From: Abditibacterium sp.
GTDB lineage: Bacteria > Armatimonadota > Abditibacteriia > Abditibacteriales > Abditibacteriaceae
NCBI GenBank assembly: GCA_965246885.1
Contig: OZ251992.1
Coordinates: 1,152,001-1,216,000, forward strand
DNA: 64,000 nt
Direction of reading: 5' to 3'
Shown piece by piece: positions 37,758 to 47,031 of this stretch. The position numbers and the translations under genes were made by a program. Below the pieces are notes generated by a model that did no database searches, had not been told where the DNA came from, and worked only from the letters and a program-made list of their open reading frames with translations. The stretch's first letter is position 1, and each line of letters opens with the position of its first letter.

Positions 37758-39053
37758 ATGCCCATTGAACTGCGTTATGGCCGCGCGGGTCTCGACCTCG
37801 AACTGCCCTCGGATGTCCAATCTGAGGTGTTGCACCTGCACCCACTGCCGCCACTGGTTGACCCCGATGCCGCGATTCGCGCGAGCTTTGAATCGCCCAT
37901 CGGGAGCGCGCCGCTCTCCGAGTTGGCGCGGGGCAAGCGCAGCGCTTGCGTTGTGTTGTGCGACGTGACGCGGCCCGTGCCCAATGAGGCGATTCTGCGG
38001 CCCCTTGCCCAAACGCTGGAAGCTTCTGGCATCGCGCGCGATGCCTTGACGTTCCTGATAGCGACCGGGTTGCACCGTCCCAACGTCGGCGAGGAGTTGC
38101 GCGAGATGGTCGGCGACTTTCTCTACGAGAACTACCGCTTCGAGAACCACGACGCCCGCGACGAAGCGGCCATGACTTTATTGGGCGACGTCGCGTTTGG
38201 CGAGGAGCAGACCGGCGCGGGCCAGACCGCGCGCGTCGCACTCAATTCGCATTACGTCGGCGCCGAGCTAAAAATCACGACGGGCCTGTTGGAGCCGCAC
38301 TTTATGGCGGGCTATTCAGGCGGGCGCAAGGTGATTTGCCCCGGCATCGCGTCGGCTTCGACCATTCTCCAGTTCCACGCGCCGCCGATGATTGGCAACC
38401 CGCAAGCGCGCGCGGGGAACTTGGCGGCGAACCCGATTCACGCCATGAGCTTGGAAGTGGCCCGCAAAGTCGGTTGCGACTTTATCTGCAACGTCACGCT
38501 TGACGAAGAGCGGCGCATTACCGGCGTCTTTTCGGGCGATATGGAAGCCGCGCACGCTCAGGGCATCGCGTGGATTGACCAGAGCGCCAAAGTCGCGGTC
38601 GCGCCCGCGCCCATTGTCGTCACGACCAGCGCGGGCTACCCGCTCGACACTACCTTTTACCAGTGCATCAAAGGCATGGTGTGCGCCCTGCCCGCGTTGG
38701 AGCGCGGCGGCACGCTCATCATCGCCGCGAGTTTGTCCGAAGGCATCGGCGGCCCGGAGTTTTCGGCGATGTGCCATTCGCTCACAAGCGTGGAGGAGTT
38801 CCTCGCGCGCATTAACAGCCGCCCAACGGAAATAGACCAGTGGCAACTGCAAGAGATGATGCTCGCGCTTCAGCACGCGGGGCGCATCTATGTTGTGAGC
38901 GACGGCCTCGCGCCCGAAACGCTCGGCGCCTTTTTGCTGCATCCGATGCCAAGCGTCGAGGCCGCCCTTGAAGCCGCGCGGGGCACGCACGGCGCGCAGG
39001 CGCGCGCCGTCGTCATTCCCGAAGGCCCCTACGTCACGCCCGTGCCGCGCTGA
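37758..39053 (+). CDS. larA: Nickel-pincer-dependent lactate racemase family protein
   Basis: CDVTRP, ATGLHR, NHDA, EPHFMAGYSGGRKVICPG, YPLD..FYQ..KG. Substrate not established. Confidence 0.9.
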   Translation: MPIELRYGRAGLDLELPSDVQSEVLHLHPLPPLVDPDAAIRASFESPIGSAPLSELARGKRSACVVLCDVTRPVPNEAILRPLAQTLEASGIARDALTFLIATGLHRPNVGEELREMVGDFLYENYRFENHDARDEAAMTLLGDVAFGEEQTGAGQTARVALNSHYVGAELKITTGLLEPHFMAGYSGGRKVICPGIASASTILQFHAPPMIGNPQARAGNLAANPIHAMSLEVARKVGCDFICNVTLDEERRITGVFSGDMEAAHAQGIAWIDQSAKVAVAPAPIVVTTSAGYPLDTTFYQCIKGMVCALPALERGGTLIIAASLSEGIGGPEFSAMCHSLTSVEEFLARINSRPTEIDQWQLQEMMLALQHAGRIYVVSDGLAPETLGAFLLHPMPSVEAALEAARGTHGAQARAVVIPEGPYVTPVPR

Positions 39054-39071
39054 TTCAACGGGAGTGGCGCC

Positions 39072-39773
39072 TCAACTGGGCGCCCAGCAAGAGGACATTT
39101 GGTCTGTGCCGCCCGTCCAAAGGAAGTTTTGCGCGACGGAGCCGGGGCGCAGCCATTTGACGTGGCCATCCACAAAAGCGTAGTTGGCGCCGTCGAAATG
39201 GCGAAGCGCGGCGGTGTCGCCGTTGGCCGGGGACACCAAGCCGTCGTTGGTGGACGCGCCTCCTTGCCCCTCTTCGGCCAGCATGATCCAGAGGTGTGCG
39301 CTGTCAAACTCGGCGAGCGCCTTGCCCCAACTGACCGCATCGGTCGGGGCGGCGGCGTTCAACACGCACGACGAGAGGGCGTACGATTGCGGCCCGCGCT
39401 CGTTGTTGGGGTCGGCGGGGCACAAAAACATGCGTCCGTTTTTCAGATAAGGTTGGAGCGAGCCAAGCGCGGGCGCAAACACCGAGTCCTTGCCCACCGC
39501 GTCGAAGTGCGAGTAAAACGTCCAACCGTTGGGCTGCCCTTCGCCGCCTGCGAGTGCCCACGCGCCGGGCAACCGCTCGTCGTAGTCCTGCTCGTACTGG
39601 GCAAAGCCGAGCGCAACCTGCTTCATGTTCGACTGGCACGAGGCTTTGCGCGCACTTTCGCGCGCACGGGTGAAAGCCGGGAAAAGAATCGCCGACAAAA
39701 TGGCGATGATAGAAATGACGATGAGCATTTCCACGAGGGTGAACGCCCTGCGGCCCGAAGAAAAGTGATGCAT
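39072..39773 (-). CDS. DUF1559 prepilin-type N-terminal / H-X9-DG protein
   Basis: RRAFTLVEMLIVISIIAILSAILFPAF.RARESARKASCQSNMKQ and RHFDGANYAFVDGHVKW. Confidence 0.93.
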   Translation of the reverse strand: MHHFSSGRRAFTLVEMLIVISIIAILSAILFPAFTRARESARKASCQSNMKQVALGFAQYEQDYDERLPGAWALAGGEGQPNGWTFYSHFDAVGKDSVFAPALGSLQPYLKNGRMFLCPADPNNERGPQSYALSSCVLNAAAPTDAVSWGKALAEFDSAHLWIMLAEEGQGGASTNDGLVSPANGDTAALRHFDGANYAFVDGHVKWLRPGSVAQNFLWTGGTDQMSSCWAPS

Positions 39774-39989
39774 TGGAATCCAAACGACGACTCCTTGGAG
39801 AGGCTATGCGCGAGTTCGGGAGACCGTTCGCCCACTTTCGCCGTCGCGCCCTGCAAAACACGGAAATGGCCACTCGCTGGGGGCTTTACAGGCTTAACGC
39901 CCAAAGTCCGCCAAACTCTTTTGGGCGCGGAGCGCGCAATTCACCTCCCATTTCTGCTAATCTTTTCTCGATTCCCAAGGAACACTTCT

Positions 39990-41162
39990 ATGACCAAGAA
40001 AAAAGTCGGCATTGGCCTCATCGGTTACGCCTTTATGGGCAAGACGCACTCGAACGCTTACCGTCAGGTCGGCAAGTTCTTCGATGACCTCGCGGTCGAA
40101 CCCGAAATGACCGCGCTCTGCGGGCGCAACGCCGCCAACGTCGAGCGCGCCGCCGCGCAGTTCGGCTGGAACTCGTTCGAGACGGACTGGCGCAAACTCA
40201 TTGACCGCCCCGACATCGACATCGTGGACATCTCCACCCCCGGCAACGAACACCGCGAAATGGCGATCTACGCCGCCAAAGCGGGCAAGACCGTGTTTTG
40301 CGAGAAGCCGCTTGGCAACACCTTCGACGACGCGCGCGCCATGCTCGATGCCGTCGAGCAAGCCAAAGTCATCAACATGGTGTGCTTCAACTACCGCCGC
40401 GTTCCGGCCATTGCGCTCGCCAAGCGCATGATCGAAAACGGCGACTTGGGCCGCATCTACCACTTCCGCGCGCGCTACTTGCAGGACTGGATTGCCGACC
40501 CGAACTTCCCGCTCGTCTGGCGCCTCAAGAAGGAAATCGCTGGCTCCGGCACGCTCGGCGACATCGGCGCGCACATCCTCGACATCTCCAAATTCCTCGT
40601 CGGCGACCTGACCTCCTTGTGCGGCATGACCGAGACCTTCGTCAAACAGCGCCCCTTGCAAGCCGCCACAACAGGGAGCGAGGGTTTGAACGCGCAAGCG
40701 TCGGACGAGATGGGCGAAGTCACCGTTGACGACGCCGCCGCGTGGCTGGGCCGCTTCGACAACGGCGCGATGGGCGTTTTCGAGGCCACGCGCTTCGCGC
40801 CGGGGCGCCGCAACTTCAACTCCTTCGAGATCAACGGCGAAAAGGGCAGCATCGCCTTCAACTTCGAGCGGATGAACGAACTGGAATACTTCGATAACAA
40901 CGACAAGTCCGACCGCCAAGGCTTCCGCACCATCAACGTCAACGAAAACGACCAACCCTATTCCGGCATCTACTGGCCGCCCGGCCACATCATCGGCTAC
41001 GGCGAAACGTTCATCAACACCGTCCACGACCTGCTCCAAGCCCACGCAACCGGCACCGCCACCCACCCGGATTTCCGCGTCGGCGCCTACAACAACCTCG
41101 TGCTGGACACGATAGAGAAGGCCGCCAACTCCCAGAAGTGGGAAGACGTGGCGAAGTTTTAA
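39990..41162 (+). CDS. Gfo/Idh/MocA family oxidoreductase
   Basis: GLIGYAFMG, DISTP, FCEKP, FNYR, GTLGDIGAH. Confidence 0.95.
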   Translation: MTKKKVGIGLIGYAFMGKTHSNAYRQVGKFFDDLAVEPEMTALCGRNAANVERAAAQFGWNSFETDWRKLIDRPDIDIVDISTPGNEHREMAIYAAKAGKTVFCEKPLGNTFDDARAMLDAVEQAKVINMVCFNYRRVPAIALAKRMIENGDLGRIYHFRARYLQDWIADPNFPLVWRLKKEIAGSGTLGDIGAHILDISKFLVGDLTSLCGMTETFVKQRPLQAATTGSEGLNAQASDEMGEVTVDDAAAWLGRFDNGAMGVFEATRFAPGRRNFNSFEINGEKGSIAFNFERMNELEYFDNNDKSDRQGFRTINVNENDQPYSGIYWPPGHIIGYGETFINTVHDLLQAHATGTATHPDFRVGAYNNLVLDTIEKAANSQKWEDVAKF

Positions 41163-41166
41163 AGGA

Positions 41167-41210
41167 GAGCCGTATGGAGTAGGGGTGTAAGCTTCTACTC
41201 TATACGGCTC
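41167..41210. terminator. Stem-loop between convergent genes
   Basis: gagccgtatggagtaggg...ttctactctatacggctc immediately after the stop at 41162. Confidence 0.6.
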
Positions 41211-41254
41211 AGCCTCTGCGACGCCGCAGAAAGACCAGACGCACCGCGAGAGCG

Positions 41255-41665
41255 TCAACCGTCTCCATCAAGCCATTTGGGATCGTTGGAATCGCGCTCA
41301 TACTCTGCCCACGTGCCCAGCCCGGCAGCTTGCAATTTGGCAAAATACGGCGCGTAATGCGTCCCTTCCTCGTCTGGCCACCACTTCTCGTCCTGCAAGT
41401 TCCAAATCGTGTCCGCCGTCCATCCCAGCCAGCACGGAGGCGGAGGCCACTTCTGAAAGAAAAGCAAGGCCTGGCCTTCGTCATATTGCTGGTCTTCCCA
41501 CCACTGCCACCACACCATCATCGCACTTTCACCCGCGCCCATACGCCAGCGCATCTCACAAGGGTGCGTATCTATCTCAACGGCATATGGGGGCCGCACA
41601 ACCCCATATTCGCGCACTGACTGGGCGATTGCGTCTGTTATCCATTGCTTTGGTTCTTCCGGCAT
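41255..41665 (-). CDS. Hypothetical Trp-rich acidic protein
   Basis: Fills the gap between two genes; visibly lower GC; no motif recognised. Confidence 0.55.
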   Translation of the reverse strand: MPEEPKQWITDAIAQSVREYGVVRPPYAVEIDTHPCEMRWRMGAGESAMMVWWQWWEDQQYDEGQALLFFQKWPPPPCWLGWTADTIWNLQDEKWWPDEEGTHYAPYFAKLQAAGLGTWAEYERDSNDPKWLDGDG

Positions 41666-41716
41666 GATGATGAGTCTCGCAAATATCACGTCCGTGCCGG
41701 ATGAAGCCCCGATGCC

Positions 41717-43255
41717 TCAGCTTCCCGGGTGACTGTTGCCACCTTGCGCGAGGTGCGCGGCGGGGGTTACGCCGGGGGCCATTGGGCCGATGTAGTGGCG
41801 GGCGATGACAAGGTTATCCAAGAAGACGTGTTGGTCGTAGGGCGAGGGTTTGGTGCCGCCGTGATAGATGTCCATCCACAGCGCCTCGATTTTGAGGGCG
41901 TCGGTGGTGCGGAAGCGGATGTCGGTCTTCTCGAAGGCGAGGCGGCCATCCACCCACGCGCGAATGACGCCGTTCTTTTGCGTCGGGTCGTTGAGCCGGA
42001 CTTGCTGCTCGATGCAATACCACCGGTTGCGCTCCAACAGGCCGCGATTGCCGCGCGTCCACTTCCAGCCTTCGCCGTAGTTGGTGGGCATATCGGCGTT
42101 GTAGCAGTAGGAGCCGATGGGCGTTCGGCCCGCGAGGGGATTGCCTTCGGGGATGGTGAGGGCGAAGCCGCCGCGCGCCGACCAGCCATCCGTGCCGTGC
42201 GCTTTGCGACCGCCCCAACCCGCTCTGCCGTAGGTGCCGCTAAAGCCGGGCAATTTGCCGCCGTCAACGGTCTGATTCCAGTCGTCGCCCAAGCGCAGGT
42301 AGTAGCGGAAGAACATTTCCTGCGGCTCGGCTCCGGTGTGGCGCTTGAACCGCCACAGCATGGCGAGGGCGGTGTTGGTGCCTTGGGCGAGGTTCGCGCT
42401 CAGCGCCTTGCCTTGAAGTGGCACGAACTTCTGTCCGGCGCCCGCGCCAACGGTTTCGCTCGCACCGGGGTTGCCGATGTCCGACCAATCCCTACGCCAG
42501 TCGGGGGACTCGAAGCCGGAAAAGAAGACGACATCGGGGTCAGCCGCGATGCCTTTGTCGCCGGGGTAGCGCGCAGCCAAACCGGGCAAGGGTGCGGTGT
42601 CGGGAACATCGTTGTTTTCGCCGCAACGAAAGACGCCGATGCCCCCATCCGCGCCGCTTGTTTGCGCGTTGCTCCACAAGCGCAAGACAGCTTTGCCCCC
42701 CGCGCCTATGGGTTTTGCGCCGCTCAAATCGAAGCGGAGCAGGGCGTTGTTGGGCCGCGCCGAAACCTTGAGAACTTCGAGGTTGCCCAAGCTGCGAACG
42801 GTGGACGTTTCCAGATAGGTGTCCGCGACCGGCGCAAGCGTGGCGGCATCGCCGCCCGACAGCACCAACTGGGGGCGATGCGAGGCGTCCGCCGCTTCGC
42901 GGCTGGCGAACGCGAAACTGCCGCGCCCATCTACCATCCGCAGGAAGAAGCCGAGGTTGGCGCTCGTTCCGGCCTGCCACTCGCGCACAAGGGGCGTCAC
43001 GTCCCACTCGACAAAGGCGCCCTTTTGCGCGTTCGTGACGCGGGAGGTGGCGTAGGGAACGCTGCCTTGCGCGGTGTTCTTGGCGTCGCGCCAGTCGCCC
43101 ATCTTGTTCGCCCAAGGCAGAAAGGCGCCCCGGTTGTAGAACTCTTGCGACGCGCCGTCGTTGTGGCCCGCGACGCCTTCGGCCCAGTCGTTGGGGTCGG
43201 CGTGCGCGCAAGAGATGAACCCGGCAACCGCAAGCGCGGCGATGAGTGGTTTCAT
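41717..43255 (-). CDS. Secreted protein with DNRLRE-like domains and polysaccharide lyase (PL14-like) C-terminal domain
   Basis: Signal peptide MKPLIAALAVAGFISCAHA; EWDVT.LV.EW, FASRE...PQL, ADTY, ALLRFDLS; C-terminal FRYYLR, GGKLPG, WYCIEQ.V.LN, AWVDG, YHGG. Confidence 0.75.
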   Translation of the reverse strand: MKPLIAALAVAGFISCAHADPNDWAEGVAGHNDGASQEFYNRGAFLPWANKMGDWRDAKNTAQGSVPYATSRVTNAQKGAFVEWDVTPLVREWQAGTSANLGFFLRMVDGRGSFAFASREAADASHRPQLVLSGGDAATLAPVADTYLETSTVRSLGNLEVLKVSARPNNALLRFDLSGAKPIGAGGKAVLRLWSNAQTSGADGGIGVFRCGENNDVPDTAPLPGLAARYPGDKGIAADPDVVFFSGFESPDWRRDWSDIGNPGASETVGAGAGQKFVPLQGKALSANLAQGTNTALAMLWRFKRHTGAEPQEMFFRYYLRLGDDWNQTVDGGKLPGFSGTYGRAGWGGRKAHGTDGWSARGGFALTIPEGNPLAGRTPIGSYCYNADMPTNYGEGWKWTRGNRGLLERNRWYCIEQQVRLNDPTQKNGVIRAWVDGRLAFEKTDIRFRTTDALKIEALWMDIYHGGTKPSPYDQHVFLDNLVIARHYIGPMAPGVTPAAHLAQGGNSHPGS

Positions 43256-43324
43256 GGAATAAGGTATTTATACCTCGAATCCCGGTGCGCGGAAAGGCAA
43301 GAAAAGAAAGTGGAGGGCATTGCC

Positions 43325-44692
43325 TTAGCGGTTCACTTCGGCGGGAACGGGGGACGCGATGGGAGGGGGGATGAGGCCCTTGGCTTCGTAGATGGGGCGC
43401 ACGCCCGCGCGTAGAGAGGGCAGGTTGCGCCAGAACGCGGCAGCGGCGCACAGGGCGAGGACGCCCGACGCGAAAATGGTGGGCATCGGGCCGATTTTGT
43501 GCGACAAGGCGCCCGCGAGGAGGGAGCCGAAGGGCATGGTGCCTTGGAAGGACATGGCGAAGAACGACATGGCGCGGCCCCGCTTTTCGTCGGGCACGAG
43601 GGTTTGCATGAGCGTGTTGCACGCCGCCATTTGCACCATGAAGCCAAAACCCGCGAGCGGCATGAGCGCGATGGACAGCCACAAAGAGCGCGAGAAGGAG
43701 AAGGCAATTAGCCCGATTCCTAAGACCGACGTGGCGAAGGGGATGATGCGGCCCAAGCCGACGACCGACTTGCGCGCGGCCAAAAAGAGCGCCCCACCAA
43801 GGGCGCCGATGCCCGACGCGCCCATCAGGTAGCCCAAGGCGTGCGAGTCGCCCCCCAAGATGTTTTTGGCGACGGCGGGCATGAGGACGGTGTAGGGCAG
43901 GGAAAGTAGCGTGACGCCCGACATCAGCAGCAGAATGGCGCGCACTGGCGCGAAGCGCGAAACGTAGGCCCAGCCGTCTTGGAAGGAAGCGAGGGGAGAA
44001 AGGAGGTTTTTGGGCGCGGGTTGCGGCCCAACGCGCATCAGGAACATGGAGATGAGGACAGCGATGTAGGAGATGCCGTCGAGCAAGAAGCAGAACCCTT
44101 CGCCCGAAACGGCGATAATGGCGCCCGCCAAGGCTGGCCCGACGAGCCGCGCGGCGTTGACCATCGAGGAGTTGAGCGCGATGGCGTTGGGCAAGTCGGC
44201 TTTGTCCTCGACCAACTGCACCACGAACGCTTGGCGCGCGGGCATGTCAAGCGCGTTGATGGCGCCCTGAACGGCGCCCAAAAACAGGATGTGCGGGACG
44301 GTGATTTGGTGGCTAAGAGTCAGCGCCGCGAGCGCGAACGACTGGAGCATGGCGGCGGTCTGCGTCCACTTCAGGACGCGCAACTTGTTCAGCCGGTCAA
44401 TCCACACGCCCGCGAACGGGCCAAGCAAAAGCGCCGGAATCTGCGACACAAAGGCGACCGTGCCCAAAAGCAGCGTCGAACCGGTCAGCCGAAACACCAG
44501 CCACGACAGCGCCACGCTCGTCATCCAGTTGCCCACGAGGGAAATGATCTGCCCGCAAAAGAACAAACGATAATTGGGCGAGCGCAGCGCCCGCGTCATC
44601 CACGCGAAATCCATAAAGTTCCTGACGGCGGGTTTGGGGCCGGGGGCTTCACTTTTGAACGCCTTGCCAGAAAATGGGCTATTCGTCTTCAT
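43325..44692 (-). CDS. MFS transporter
   Basis: About 12 TM segments; NYRLFF.GQ.ISL.G.WM, D.PARQAF, NAIALNS, RGR.MS; start uncertain. Confidence 0.93.
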   Translation of the reverse strand: MKTNSPFSGKAFKSEAPGPKPAVRNFMDFAWMTRALRSPNYRLFFCGQIISLVGNWMTSVALSWLVFRLTGSTLLLGTVAFVSQIPALLLGPFAGVWIDRLNKLRVLKWTQTAAMLQSFALAALTLSHQITVPHILFLGAVQGAINALDMPARQAFVVQLVEDKADLPNAIALNSSMVNAARLVGPALAGAIIAVSGEGFCFLLDGISYIAVLISMFLMRVGPQPAPKNLLSPLASFQDGWAYVSRFAPVRAILLLMSGVTLLSLPYTVLMPAVAKNILGGDSHALGYLMGASGIGALGGALFLAARKSVVGLGRIIPFATSVLGIGLIAFSFSRSLWLSIALMPLAGFGFMVQMAACNTLMQTLVPDEKRGRAMSFFAMSFQGTMPFGSLLAGALSHKIGPMPTIFASGVLALCAAAAFWRNLPSLRAGVRPIYEAKGLIPPPIASPVPAEVNR

Positions 44693-45305
44693 CGGCGTCA
44701 AAGGGCAGTTCCAGAGTCAGCACGCCTTCGGGAATATCCAAGAACAAATAAAACTCCTCGACCGGAATCTCCAGTTGGCGGCAAACCAAATGGATGCTTT
44801 GGCTCCGATTTAAGTAGCGGCGGAAAAGCCAATCTGTTTCGCTTTGGCGGGCGTAGTGTTCGATTTGCACCATATTCGGCCACACGATGAGGTAGTCCAG
44901 AAGAGACGGGAGCGCTTGGTAGGCCGCGAGTTTGGCGCCGCGATCCTTATTCCGCGTGGACGGCGACAACACTTCAATGAGGATGTGCGGATTGAGCAGC
45001 ACGTGTGTCCAGCGCGGGTCGAACTGCTCGTTCTCGCACGAAACGACGACATCGGGCAACGTGAAAATCTGCTCTGCCGTTTTTACCTTTTGGTCGCTGG
45101 TCGTTATCTCACAGCCCTTGCCCAACAAGCGGCTTGTTAACGAGTAAGCGATGCGATTGACGATGCGGCTATGGCGGGGAACGGCGGTCGCCATCGCCAC
45201 GATGGTACCGTTCCAGAACTCATATCTGGTGTCGCTATCGGTTTCTTCGAGGGCAAAGTATTCGTCTTCCGTTGCCAGTTGTTCAATTCGGTTCGGTTGT
45301 GCCAT
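44679..45305 (-). CDS. Uma2 family (DUF820) endonuclease
   Basis: RYEF.NG.I.AM, PDVVVSC, IEVLSPST..DRG.K..Y..LPSL.DYL. Confidence 0.93.
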   Translation of the reverse strand: MAQPNRIEQLATEDEYFALEETDSDTRYEFWNGTIVAMATAVPRHSRIVNRIAYSLTSRLLGKGCEITTSDQKVKTAEQIFTLPDVVVSCENEQFDPRWTHVLLNPHILIEVLSPSTRNKDRGAKLAAYQALPSLLDYLIVWPNMVQIEHYARQSETDWLFRRYLNRSQSIHLVCRQLEIPVEEFYLFLDIPEGVLTLELPFDADEDE

Positions 45306-45313
45306 AACGCACA

Positions 45314-45323
45314 AGTTTAAACT
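45314..45323. promoter_or_regulatory. Palindromic bidirectional -10 element (AGTTTAAACT)
   Basis: Reads TAAACT on both strands within a 28-bp divergent gap; 8 nt from the Uma2 ATG and 10 nt from the ilvE ATG. Confidence 0.55.
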
Positions 45324-45333
45324 GGCTCCCAGC

Positions 45334-46230
45334 ATGAATCCCGAACTGCGAATCTACCTTGATGGCGAACTGGTGCCCGCGCGCGACGCGAAAATCAGCG
45401 TGTATGATCACGGCTTCCTGTATGGCGATGGCGTTTTCGAGGGGCTGCGCGTGTATAACCGCCGCATCTTCCGCCACGACGCGCATTTGAAGCGGCTCTA
45501 CCGGAGCGCCAAGGCGATTTGGTTGGAGCCGACGCTCTCAATGTCTGAGATGAAGGCGGCGACCGAGCGCACCGTCGCGGCGAACCGCATCGAGAACGGT
45601 TACATTCGCGCCATCTTCTCGCGCGGCTTCGGCGATTTGGGCCTCGACCCGCGCAAATGCCCGACGCCCACGACGGTCATCATCGCCGATGCCATCAAGC
45701 TCTATCCGCCCGAAGTCTATTCCGAGGGCATGGAAGTCATCACCGTCTCCACCCGCCGCAACCGGCACGACGTCTTAGGCTCGCAAATCAAGTCGCTCAA
45801 CTACCTCAACAACATCCTCGCCAAAATCGAGTGCATCCGCGCGGGCGTGCCGGAGTGCATCATGCTGAACACCAATGGCCTCGTCGCCGAGTGTTCGGGC
45901 GATAATATCTTCATCGTCCACGAAGACTATGTGGGCAACGTCGAACTGCGCACGCCGCCCGTCAGCGCGGGCAGTTTGGAAGGCATCACACGCGACGTAG
46001 TGATTGAACTGGGCCGCAAACTAGGCCTTTCGGTTGTCGAGAAAGACTTGACTCTCTTCGACCTTTATAACGCGCGCGAAGCGTTTCTCACCGGCACGGC
46101 GGCGGAAGTGGTGCCTGTCACGCGCCTCGATATGCGCGACATCGGGGACGGCAAACCCGGCCCCATCACGGGGCAACTGATGGCGGCTTACGCCGAACTG
46201 CGCAACTCCGAAGGCGAGCCGGTTTTCTAA
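45334..46230 (+). CDS. ilvE: Branched-chain amino acid aminotransferase
   Basis: DHGFLYGDGVFEG.R, KSLNYLNN, ECSGDNIF, LEGITR, EAFLTGTAAEV.P. Confidence 0.96.
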   Translation: MNPELRIYLDGELVPARDAKISVYDHGFLYGDGVFEGLRVYNRRIFRHDAHLKRLYRSAKAIWLEPTLSMSEMKAATERTVAANRIENGYIRAIFSRGFGDLGLDPRKCPTPTTVIIADAIKLYPPEVYSEGMEVITVSTRRNRHDVLGSQIKSLNYLNNILAKIECIRAGVPECIMLNTNGLVAECSGDNIFIVHEDYVGNVELRTPPVSAGSLEGITRDVVIELGRKLGLSVVEKDLTLFDLYNAREAFLTGTAAEVVPVTRLDMRDIGDGKPGPITGQLMAAYAELRNSEGEPVF

Positions 46231-46290
46231 ACCGCCCCAAAAGGGGAACCTAACGGCGGCGGGAGATTTCTGTCTTTGGTGGCTGAACTC

Positions 46291-47031
46291 ATGTGCGAAG
46301 AATGTGGATTGAACCGGGTGGAGTTGCGCGTGATGCGCCTCGTCGGGAACAAGACGAGGATGTGCCTGTTGTGCCTCGATTGCGCGAGCCAATACGCCGC
46401 GCCTTCGCCCCCTTGGGACGCGGAGGGCGACCCGCTCGCGGCGTTGGGATTCCGCGCCTCCGGTGACGACTTGGACGAGCAGATTTCGGGCGCGCCGTTC
46501 GAGGCGCTCATGAACGCCTGCTTTGCCCGCGAAGGCTTCAACCCCGATGAAGACGAGTTCTCCGAGGGCAACTGGAGCGACGACGAAGACTCCTTTGCCG
46601 ACGATGAGCCGCTCGAAAGCGATGACCCGAACGACTCCGACCCCTTTGCCGATGACGCCGCTCTTGCGCCCGATGCCAACTTGTTCCGCCAGTTGGACGC
46701 CGCTCCCCCCGAAGCGGACGCCGTTTGCTCCGGTTGCGGCGCCTCGTGGGAGCAGATCGCCCTCGACGAGCGCGTCGGGTGCGCCCGCTGCTACGCGACT
46801 TTCCGCGCGAGCCTCGCGGCCTTGTTGGAGCAAGTGCAACGGCAAGCTCTTCACCGGGGCAAAACCCCGCGCGCCGCGCGTCAACGGGAACTTCGCCGCG
46901 AGCACCTCGAAAAGCGCCGCGAGCATCAACTCGCCCTTCTGCGCAACCGCTTATCCGACGCCGTCCAAGCCGAGCGCTACGAGGAAGCCGCCACCCTGCG
47001 CGACCGCATCAAGGCAGTTTCGGAGAATTAG
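46291..47031 (+). CDS. mcsA: McsA-like protein (CxxC motifs plus UVR domain)
   Basis: CEEC, LCLDC, CSGCG, GCARCY, AV..ERYEEAA.LRD.I; directly upstream of mcsB. Confidence 0.85.
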   Translation: MCEECGLNRVELRVMRLVGNKTRMCLLCLDCASQYAAPSPPWDAEGDPLAALGFRASGDDLDEQISGAPFEALMNACFAREGFNPDEDEFSEGNWSDDEDSFADDEPLESDDPNDSDPFADDAALAPDANLFRQLDAAPPEADAVCSGCGASWEQIALDERVGCARCYATFRASLAALLEQVQRQALHRGKTPRAARQRELRREHLEKRREHQLALLRNRLSDAVQAERYEEAATLRDRIKAVSEN

